Origin: an uncultured Acidobacteriota bacterium
GTDB lineage: Bacteria; Acidobacteriota; Vicinamibacteria; Vicinamibacterales; Fen-181
Assembly (NCBI GenBank): GCA_963741715.1
Contig: CAVUJA010000002.1
Coordinates: 136,883 to 200,882, forward strand
Direction: 5' to 3'
DNA: 64,000 nucleotides
Program-made: the position numbers and the translations under genes
In this document: positions 17,613 through 24,618 of the stretch, piece after piece
Layout: every line of letters begins with the position of its first letter
How positions within the stretch are numbered: the stretch's first letter is position 1
Notes under the pieces: generated by a model
Database searches by the model: none
The model's input: the letters and a program-made list of their open reading frames with translations, nothing else
Told to the model about the DNA's origin: nothing

Positions 17613-17816
17613 CTCGGAATCGGGCTTGCGCTAACCGCGCTGGGCTGACCGCTACGCGCTGCGCCCGGGAAAGGCACCCCAACGCGGCTGCCGCGTCGGG
17701 GACCCCGCCGAGAAGCGCACGCGCTCGTCGGTTTTCGGCACCGTGACGCGGCCTGCTCCGAAGCGGCTCGTCCGGCGATGGGCCCGCGGCACAGCGGTGA
17801 ACCGGGCCACCCGCGG

Positions 17817-19121
17817 TTACCTCACTTCCTCGATGACCAACGGAAGCAGCGTCGGCGGCTCGTCGCCGATCTCGATCGCGCGCGCGAGGAGCTCGGTCGC
17901 CGGGGCCAGGTCCGCCTCGCGCCGGTAGTGCAGCTCGACGATCGGGTCGCCGGCGTTCAGCCGCTCTCCCGGATGCGCCTTCACGATCACCCCCACCGCC
18001 GGGTCCACCACGTCGTCCACCTTGCTGCGCCCGGCGCCGAGCGCGAGGCTCGCGCGGCCGACGAGTTCCGCATCCAGCACGGACAGGTAGCCAGAACGCG
18101 AAGCGCGGACGATGTGGCGGTTCGGGACCGAGGGCATCAGGCCGTAGTCGTCCACGGTGCGCGGGTCGCCGCCCTGCTGCGCGACGATCTCGCGCCACTT
18201 CTCCACGCCCGCGCCCGACGCGAGCGCGCGGCGCACCTGCGCGTCGGCGTCCTCGGAGGTCGCCGCGAGGCCGGCCGCCAGGACCATCCGCGCGGCGAGC
18301 AGCACCGACAGGGCCTCGAGGTCTTTCGGACCGCGCCCCTTCAGCGTCTCGACGCACTCGATCACCTCGAGCGCGTTGCCCACCGCGTGGCCCAGCGGCG
18401 CGTCCATCGCGGTGATGAACGCCTCGGTCTTCACGCCCGAGAGGTTCCCGGTGTCCACGAGCGACCGGGCCAGTTTGCGCGAGTCGTCCACCGTCTTCAT
18501 GAACGCGCCGCGGCCCGTCTTGACGTCGAGCACCAGCGCGTCAATCCCCTCGGCGATCTTCTTGCTCATGATCGAGGCGGTGATGAGCGGGATGCTCTCG
18601 ACGGTGCCGGTCACGTCGCGCAGCGCGTAGAGCTTCTTGTCGGCGGGCGCAATCTGGGCGGTCTGGCCGAGCATCGCCACGCCGGTCTTTCGGAGCGCCG
18701 CCTTCAGCTCGTCGAGGGAGAGGTCCACGCGAAAGCCGGCAATCGACTGCAGCTTGTCGAGGGTGCCGCCGGTGTGGCCGAGGCCGCGGCCCGACATCAT
18801 CGGCACCTTCACCCCGCACGCCGCCGCCAGCGGGGCGAGGATCAGCGAAGATTTGTCGCCCACGCCGCCCGTGCTGTGCTTGTCCACCTTCACGCCGGGA
18901 ATGGCCGACAGGTCCACCTTGATCCCCGACCGCACCATGGCGCTGGTCAGCCAGGCCGTCTCTTCGGCCGTCATCCCCTTGAGGACAATCGCCATGAGGA
19001 GCGCGGAGGCCTGGTAATCGGGGAAGGAACCGTCGGTGACGCCGGCGACGAACGACTCGATGGCCTCTCGGGAGAGCGCCGCGCCGTCCCGCTTGGCGCG
19101 GATGATGTCCGTGGCACGCAT
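17817..19121 (-). CDS. deoA: thymidine / pyrimidine-nucleoside phosphorylase
   Basis: 434 aa. Hallmarks: DKHSTGGVGDK, SGRGLGHTGGTLDKL, TASIMSKK, C-terminal alpha/beta domain. Confidence 0.92.
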   Translation of the reverse strand: MRATDIIRAKRDGAALSREAIESFVAGVTDGSFPDYQASALLMAIVLKGMTAEETAWLTSAMVRSGIKVDLSAIPGVKVDKHSTGGVGDKSSLILAPLAAACGVKVPMMSGRGLGHTGGTLDKLQSIAGFRVDLSLDELKAALRKTGVAMLGQTAQIAPADKKLYALRDVTGTVESIPLITASIMSKKIAEGIDALVLDVKTGRGAFMKTVDDSRKLARSLVDTGNLSGVKTEAFITAMDAPLGHAVGNALEVIECVETLKGRGPKDLEALSVLLAARMVLAAGLAATSEDADAQVRRALASGAGVEKWREIVAQQGGDPRTVDDYGLMPSVPNRHIVRASRSGYLSVLDAELVGRASLALGAGRSKVDDVVDPAVGVIVKAHPGERLNAGDPIVELHYRREADLAPATELLARAIEIGDEPPTLLPLVIEEVR

Positions 19122-19137
19122 AAGGGCGAAGTATACG

Positions 19138-19221
19138 TCAGGATTCAGGAGTCAGGATTCGGGAGTCAGGAGCAGCACGATTCAGGAGTCAGGATTCAGG
19201 AGTCAGGATTCGGGAGTCAGT
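19138..19221. repeat. tandem heptamer array (AGGATTC/AGGAGTC/GGGAGTC)n, about 11 units
   Basis: tcaggattc aggagtc aggattc gggagtc aggagca gcacgattc aggagtc aggattc aggagtc aggattc gggagtc ag. Starts 17 nt from the deoA ATG. Confidence 0.95.
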
Positions 19222-19223
19222 TG

Positions 19224-19857
19224 GTCGCACCGAATCCCGGCTCCCGCGCTTGTCAGCCTCACAAATGGGTCGTTCACCGCCGCCAAGGGAGACACAGGGA
19301 CGGCGGTTTCGATCACTCCCCACTCGGCATGGGCTCCTGGCGGCGGGTGGATCTCCTACGCGCCGACAGGTATCGGACCGGACAACATTCTCGCGCCAAC
19401 CTACAACACGCCGATCGTCGCCTCGGACCCCGCGGACCAACGGCAGGCGATCGTTCTCTTCACCCGCACATTCGCCGCCAACGAGGGTCAGACCTTGATC
19501 ATGAAGCTGTGGGCCGACGACACAGCCTTCATGCGGGTCGACGGCGGAGCGTGGGTCCCCACGGCGCATACGTGGGCCCAGAGCGTCTGCGAGACCGATC
19601 CGACCTCCTGTTCAGCCAATGAGTACTCGCTTGGCAGTTTCGACCTGTTGTTCACCGGCGATCACACGCTTGAGATCCGCGCATACCAGATCGGGACCGC
19701 AACGACCTACCCTAACCCCACCTTCTTCGGGGACAACAACAGCAACCCGTTCGGCATCAAATACGAGGGCAGTGTGGTTCCAGACGGCGGTGCAACTCTG
19801 ATGCTGCTCGGCGGCGCGCTGGCGGGCTTGGCGGCCCTCAGGAGACTCCGGGGCTAA
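19224..19857 (+). CDS. PEP-CTERM-like (VPDGG variant) sorting-signal protein, apparently 5'-truncated / without signal peptide
   Basis: The C-terminus VPDGGATLMLLGGALAGLAALRRLRG has the motif / TM helix / basic tail architecture. The open frame extends upstream through the heptamer array to 19036. There is no ATG/GTG/TTG between 19117 and the Leu (TTG) before IMKLWADD, and no signal peptide, so the 5' boundary is uncertain. Confidence 0.5.
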
Positions 19858-19860
19858 GCT

Positions 19861-21339
19861 CAATGCCTTTCGGAAATTCGGCGTCGTGAATTTCCCCGTG
19901 TACTTTTTACACTTGTACTTTTCCGACGAGATCGGTATTTATCCTGGGGATGCGACATCCTCCCCAGACACGACGGCGTCGAGATCGGCGCGAAGCGATC
20001 GACGCGTCGGCGCCGCCCGCCGGATTCCTTGGCGCGTGGGACCGGTTGCTCGACGGCGACACGCCGTCGTTGCCGCCCCGACGCGGACGCAAGCCACGCG
20101 TTCCATTGACCCAGGTGTTGCCCGCCCTTACCTTTCACGTGATGAAAGGGCCGGGCACATTGGGCGAGCACTTTGCGGAGTTGTTCGAGGCGTCGCTGGC
20201 CGACAGTTCGCTGGCGGACCGACGCGCGCGGCTGCCGTGGGAGATCTTCACGGAGTTGATGCGCCGCATGTTGCGCCCGCGGGCCACGCGGCGTCGCGAG
20301 CCGGAGGCGTTCTGGAACGGGTGGCGCTTGACGGCCCTCGATGGGACGCAATGGAGTCTCACCAATACGCCGCAGATCACCTCGGCGGTCCGCAAGGCGC
20401 GCACACGCCGAGGCCGCGCGGCGTTCGCGAAGCTGCCGACCGCCGTGCTGCTCGAGCTCGGCCTCCACAACCCGGTGGCCGCGGCGATTGGGCGCGACGG
20501 CGAGTCCGAGTGGGCGCTGGCCCTGACCCTGCTGAGCCACATCCCGCCGCGCGCGCTGGTCCTCGCGGACCGGCTGTATGGTTGCGGCGCGTTCACCGCG
20601 CCGCTCCAGGCGGCGTGCGAGCGTGTCGGCAGCCACTTCCTGGTCCGGGCGCAGATGTCCGTCAAGGCGCGCGTCGTGAAGCGGTTGCGCGATGGCAGCC
20701 GCCTGGTAACCGTGGCGGTCACGCCCCGCTATCGGGTGACGCCGGACGCCACCACGCTGACGGTACGCGAAATTCGGGTGCAGGTCGGCCGGCCCGGCGC
20801 CCGGCCCACGACGCTGCGGTTGTGGACGAGCCTCACCGACGCGCGGACGGCCCCGGCGCTGGATCTCGCACGGCTGTACGCGCAGCGGTGGGAGCACGAG
20901 CTGTATTTTCGCGAAGTGAAGCGGCACCTGCGGCGGACCGACTTGCTGCAGAGTCATACCGTCGAGACGGCCGCCCAGGAGATCGCCGCGATCGTGCTCG
21001 CCAGCGCCCTGCTCGCCGTCGAACGCACCCGCGCAGCCGACGGGAAAGTGCCGGTGCTGCGCGTGAGTTTCGCGAAGATGCTCCCGGTCGTCGAAGCCAT
21101 GTGGTTCACGCTGGATGTGGCCGCTCCGGTCCTGACCGAGCGACAGACGCAGTACATCCTCACGCAGATGTATGCACGGATGCGGCACCACATCACGCCG
21201 GCACGTCGACCGCGTTCATGTCCACGGGCCGTGCGGCAGCCGGTCACCGGCTGGCCGCGATTGATGAAGAACACGTCCGTCGAAGCGCCTCTTGAGTTCA
21301 CGGTCGTATGAGCGTCTCAGCAATTTCCGAAAGGCATTG
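19861..21339 (+). mobile_element. IS4-family insertion sequence, intact (1479 bp)
   Basis: 18-bp perfect terminal inverted repeats CAATGCCTTTCGGAAATT (19861-19878; complement 21322-21339). 10-bp direct target duplication GGGCTAAGCT (19851-19860 and 21340-21349). Single transposase ORF. Confidence 0.92.
19950..21311 (+). CDS. IS4-family DDE transposase
   Basis: 453 aa. Contains the Y-(2)-R-(3)-E-(6)-K signature YAQRWEHELYFREVK typical of IS4 transposases, plus LTALDGT and VLADRLYG acidic-residue blocks. Confidence 0.9.
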   Translation: MRHPPQTRRRRDRREAIDASAPPAGFLGAWDRLLDGDTPSLPPRRGRKPRVPLTQVLPALTFHVMKGPGTLGEHFAELFEASLADSSLADRRARLPWEIFTELMRRMLRPRATRRREPEAFWNGWRLTALDGTQWSLTNTPQITSAVRKARTRRGRAAFAKLPTAVLLELGLHNPVAAAIGRDGESEWALALTLLSHIPPRALVLADRLYGCGAFTAPLQAACERVGSHFLVRAQMSVKARVVKRLRDGSRLVTVAVTPRYRVTPDATTLTVREIRVQVGRPGARPTTLRLWTSLTDARTAPALDLARLYAQRWEHELYFREVKRHLRRTDLLQSHTVETAAQEIAAIVLASALLAVERTRAADGKVPVLRVSFAKMLPVVEAMWFTLDVAAPVLTERQTQYILTQMYARMRHHITPARRPRSCPRAVRQPVTGWPRLMKNTSVEAPLEFTVV

Positions 21340-21376
21340 GGGCTAAGCTGCCGCGTTTCGTACAGAATGTCCTTCC

Positions 21377-21406
21377 AGGGCCGGAGCGATCCGGCCCTTC
21401 GTTTGT
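21377..21406 (+). terminator. rho-independent terminator, displaced from its gene by the IS
   Basis: AGGGCCGGA-gcga-TCCGGCCCT (9-bp stem, GCGA loop) followed by tcgtttgt. It lies 28 nt after the right target duplication, which contains the stop codon of the gene at 19224-19857. Confidence 0.7.
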
Positions 21407-21418
21407 ACGCGGGTGCCG

Positions 21419-21908
21419 TTCGAGCGCACCGAGGAGCACCCCGGCGGGCACAGCATCCCCGAGCTTGCCGCGGCGCTGCTGCGCGCGCTGCGCGACATCG
21501 CCGGCTACATCGGCAGCCAGGAGCCGGCGCGCCTGCCGACGATCTTCGACAACATGGCGTCGGCCATGTCGCGGTTGTCGCCCGACTTCGTGATGGAGTT
21601 GGTGGAGGAAGGCCAGGACGACGGCAGCGCCCACGCGGGCCTGATCAAGGAGATCTCCAGCCGCGCGTCACCGAGACGACGATCGCCCAGTTCATCGCCC
21701 GCTCCGTGGCGCGCGAACGCGCGTGCACCGCGCGGCTCGCGGACGCGTTCCGCGCCCTCGCCGCCACGCCGGCCCGGCAGGAAGCCGCCGTCAGCCTGGC
21801 GCACCAGGAGCTGGCCGGCTCGCCGATGGGCGAGGAGGCGAGCCGACAAGGCCTGGGTGTCGGACACCTACAACCGCGAGCTCTCGTCCGCGCAGGCGCG
21901 CGCCGGCG
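21419..21908 (+). pseudogene. degenerate duplicate of an internal segment of the HEAT-repeat gene (copy of ~25219-25752)
   Basis: Nucleotide-level match to 25219-25752 (FERTE.HPGGHSIPELAAALLRALRDIA.YIG.QEPARLPTIFDNMASA.SRLSPDFVMELVEEGQDD...). It carries a 2-bp insertion near 21667 and a 47-bp deletion near 21846. It has no start and no end of its own. Confidence 0.85.
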
Positions 21909-22095
21909 CGAACATCGGGTCCTTCCCTACGGCGTTCCGGTACTCCAGCACCGCCGCGTCGATCTTCCCCGCCTTCAGCGCCGCGTCGCCGCGATTGACG
22001 TAATCCTGGGCGCTCCTCGAGCACCCGGAGGCCGCCGCCGCGATCAGCGCCACGATGAGTGCGATTCGGATTCGAGATGAGATGCGCACAGGCAA
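21909..22095 (-). pseudogene. N-terminal fragment of a PrsT-like TPR lipoprotein gene
   Basis: MPVRISSRIRIALIVALIAAAASGCSRSAQDYVNRGDAALKAGKIDAAVLEYRNAVGKDPMF has a lipobox ASGC and the same opening motif (..EYRNA.QKD..) as the three full-length paralogs at 43127, 45567 and 47868. It breaks off after ~62 codons, where the HEAT-gene fragment begins on the other strand. Confidence 0.8.
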
Positions 22096-22177
22096 GCTCC
22101 TTCGGCGGCGTCCCCGTGCCGATGAACGACACGCCCCTGTTGCATGGTTCTGCCAAACAGGGTGTTACAATTCGACG

Positions 22178-22588
22178 GTGGATGGACACTTGGAACGCGC
22201 GTGTCGCGGCCACGGCGTTGACGCGCTGTACGCCTTTGGCTCGCGAGCCGATGACGGACCACGAGTGCTGGCTGGTGAACGGGTCGCGGGCCAGGGCTCG
22301 GACCTCGATGTCGGCGTGTTCTTCGAGGCGGGCGTGAACGGGATCGCCGAGTTGCCCGGCCTCCAGATCGATCTCGAGGACGTCTTCGCCCCACTGAGAC
22401 TCGACGTCGTGCCCCTCGCCGCGGTGGACGCCTTGTTCCAGTTCCGGGCGATTGACGGACATCGGTTGTTCGCCGCCAACCCTGGAGACGCGGATCGGCA
22501 CGAACTGCTGATCATGAGGCGCGCGGCGGAACTGCTGCCCATCCAGCGCGCGATCGAACGCGAACGCTTCGGGGTGGCCACGTCGTGA
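22178..22588 (+). CDS. MNT-type nucleotidyltransferase (antitoxin of a HEPN-MNT module)
   Basis: NTase motif LYAFGSRA ... GSDLDVGV. GTG 22178. The stop overlaps the start of the HEPN gene (GTGA). Confidence 0.75.
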   Translation: MDGHLERACRGHGVDALYAFGSRADDGPRVLAGERVAGQGSDLDVGVFFEAGVNGIAELPGLQIDLEDVFAPLRLDVVPLAAVDALFQFRAIDGHRLFAANPGDADRHELLIMRRAAELLPIQRAIERERFGVATS

Positions 22589-23205
22589 CGCGCGGCGCCA
22601 TCGATCTGAAGATTGTGAGCGAGCGTATCGACATGGTGCGCGCGGCGCTGGCCGAACTCCGCCAGTTGCCGCAGGCCTCGTTGGAGGAGTTCACGGGCGA
22701 CCGCCGGAACATCTGGTCGGCGGACGCGCTCCTCCGGCGCGCGATGGAGGCGCTGTTCGACACCGCACGGCACCTGCTGGCCAAGGCGCACGGACGGGGC
22801 GGGCTCGAATATCGTGAGGTCGCGCGCCTGGCGCTGGAACAAGGCCTGGTGACGCCCCAGGCTGGCGGAGACCAGTTCACCCGGATTGCCGGCTACCGCA
22901 ACCGGCTGATGCACCACTACGACGCCGTCACGCCAGACGAGCTCTTCGCGATCCTCCGGCAACACCTGGGCGACATCGAACGTCTTGCCGACGGCCTCGA
23001 GGCCGCCGCCGCGCACCTTGCGGCGCCCGGCGACCCGCCCGCCCCCGTGGCTTCCCAACCTGGCGACCGATCGGCGCCTGGGGCTCCGACCTTCCGATCG
23101 AACGTCCGCGGCCGCGTGGCGGGCGTCGCGCGTCAGTACCGGCGTCGAGATCGTCTACGCTTTCGGGAGTCGAGCACGCGAGGCGCTGGCCCACGTGGAG
23201 GGTGA
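22585..23205 (+). CDS. HEPN (DUF86) domain toxin-like protein
   Basis: R-X4-H motif in IAGYRNRLMHHYD. The N-terminal helix IVSERIDMVRAALAELRQL is typical of DUF86. The C-terminal ~60 codons are low-complexity and overlap the next ORF, so the true end is uncertain. Confidence 0.7.
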   Translation: MTRGAIDLKIVSERIDMVRAALAELRQLPQASLEEFTGDRRNIWSADALLRRAMEALFDTARHLLAKAHGRGGLEYREVARLALEQGLVTPQAGGDQFTRIAGYRNRLMHHYDAVTPDELFAILRQHLGDIERLADGLEAAAAHLAAPGDPPAPVASQPGDRSAPGAPTFRSNVRGRVAGVARQYRRRDRLRFRESSTRGAGPRGG

Positions 23206-23521
23206 CGGCGGGTTCGCGACAGGCTGCCAGTCGGACCTCGACCTGGCCGTGCTGCCCGAGGCGGGCCAATCGTGGAGCCTCGACGACAAGGTGGCGATGA
23301 CCGCGGCCTTCGAAGACGTCTTCCCCGCGCCGCGCGTGGACCTGGTGGTTCTGCCCGACGCGCCGCCGTTCCTGGCCCTCGCTGCCGTGTCCGGGGAGCT
23401 GCTCTTCGCCCGCGACAGCGTGCGCGAGGCGAACTACCAGCTGTTCGTGCTCCGCCGCGCTGGCGACCTGGCGCCGTTCGAGCGCGAGCGACGCGCGCGG
23501 CTGCTGGCGGTGGAGCGATGA
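22985..23521 (+). CDS. second MNT-type nucleotidyltransferase (start uncertain)
   Basis: IVYAFGSRAREA ... QSDLDLAVL, paralogous to 22178-22588. The only in-frame start is ATG 22985, which adds ~45 unlikely codons. Confidence 0.6.
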   Translation: MPTASRPPPRTLRRPATRPPPWLPNLATDRRLGLRPSDRTSAAAWRASRVSTGVEIVYAFGSRAREALAHVEGDGGFATGCQSDLDLAVLPEAGQSWSLDDKVAMTAAFEDVFPAPRVDLVVLPDAPPFLALAAVSGELLFARDSVREANYQLFVLRRAGDLAPFERERRARLLAVER

Positions 23522-23616
23522 CACCCTCCCGGATCAGCGCCACGGTCGTTGCCGAACGCATCGCCCGGATCGAGGCGATGCTTGCGGGCATCCGCCAGCT
23601 CCCGCTCGATTCCTAA
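23518..23616 (+). pseudogene. truncated second HEPN (DUF86) gene, only 32 codons
   Basis: MTPSRISATVVAERIARIEAMLAGIRQLPLDS* aligns with the first 32 residues of the HEPN at 22585 (..IVSERIDMVRAALAELRQLP). ATG overlaps the MNT stop (ATGA). The RX4H region is missing. Confidence 0.6.
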
Positions 23617-23698
23617 TTCGAGCGTCTAGACAGCTGCACCTGCCGCGTCGGCTGCGCCTGCCACGCGTCGGGCAGGCTGGCCAGCGCAACCGGGCCAG

Positions 23699-24436
23699 TT
23701 ACTCGAGGCCTTCGATGTCGCCCAGGTCCTTCGGGCGCCCCGTCGCGCGCTTGTTCCTGAGAAACGCCTCGCGGCCGATGAAGTCCACCGACAACTCCCC
23801 AACCACCTCGCGCACCCGTCCGGGCCACGCGTCCTCGAACGCGAGGCCGGTCAGCGCCGTCAGGATGTCGATGCGTCCGGGCGCGACGCCGAGTTGGAGG
23901 ACGACGCCGGGGCTCGAGAAGTCGGCTTCGGACACCTGGTCCATCGGCGCGCCGAACGCCGCCAGCGCGCGGACGATCCGCCGCGCGTTCTCGGGCGTGG
24001 CGTCCACCCAGACGTCCAGGTCGCCAGTGGCCCTCGGCCGGCCGTGCACGGCCAGCGCGTAGGCACCGACGATCAGAAACCGCACGTCATGGGCGACGAA
24101 CGCTCGCAACGGATCGACAGTTCTAGCGAGGCTGGCCTCATACCGAACCGGGGCCTGCCTCGGTAGAACCGGAAACGCTGTTGGCTGGCCCCGCGAAGCG
24201 GGGCTCGAGACGTCTTGAACGCGGGCTCGGCTTTGGCCGTTCAAGACGTCTGGTTCATCGCGGAACTCGCCTCGCCACCGCCAGAGGTCCACGCTGAGGC
24301 GCCAGACCTGGAGCAGCCGTTCGGGCGCGGGGATGGAGAGCCAGTATTCGACGTCGTGTCGATCGGCTTCGTCGGCCGACGCGAACTTCCGGACCACCAT
24401 CCGGGCGGATCGCGAGGCGGCGGCGCTGGGGTCCAC
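23699..24436 (-). CDS. nucleotidyltransferase-like protein (uncharacterised family), possibly a fusion of two small genes
   Basis: The C-terminal half (FLIVGAYALAVHGRPRATGDLDVWVDATPENARRIV.AL..FGAP ... GRIDILT ... NKRATGRPKDLGDIEGL) resembles small NTase-fold proteins. The N-terminal 60 aa (FASADEADRHDVEYWLSIPAPERL) resemble a separate small protein family. Assignment is from memory of motif patterns only. Confidence 0.5.
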   Translation of the reverse strand: MDPSAAASRSARMVVRKFASADEADRHDVEYWLSIPAPERLLQVWRLSVDLWRWRGEFRDEPDVLNGQSRARVQDVSSPASRGQPTAFPVLPRQAPVRYEASLARTVDPLRAFVAHDVRFLIVGAYALAVHGRPRATGDLDVWVDATPENARRIVRALAAFGAPMDQVSEADFSSPGVVLQLGVAPGRIDILTALTGLAFEDAWPGRVREVVGELSVDFIGREAFLRNKRATGRPKDLGDIEGLE

Positions 24437-24517
24437 AGGCGTATTGTAACTGAACGGGCGCTCCGGGCGCCCGCGCCAAAACCAACGACAGGCCGGGCGA
24501 TCGAGTGCGTGCGCATC

Positions 24518-24580
24518 CAGGAGTCGGATTCAGCAGTCGGTGGTCCCCCCCGAATCCTGCCCCCCGACTCCTGAATCCTG
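24518..24580. repeat. hairpin built from heptamer-type units (CAGGAGTCGGATTC... / ...GAATCC..CCGACTCCTG)
   Basis: caggagtcgg (24518-24527) pairs perfectly with ccgactcctg (24564-24573). ggattc (24526-24531) pairs with gaatcc (24552-24557). Lies 40 nt upstream of the HEAT-gene start. Confidence 0.85.
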
Positions 24581-24618
24581 CCGGTTCGTCCGATAAACCC
24601 TGTGCAGAGCTACGCCCG

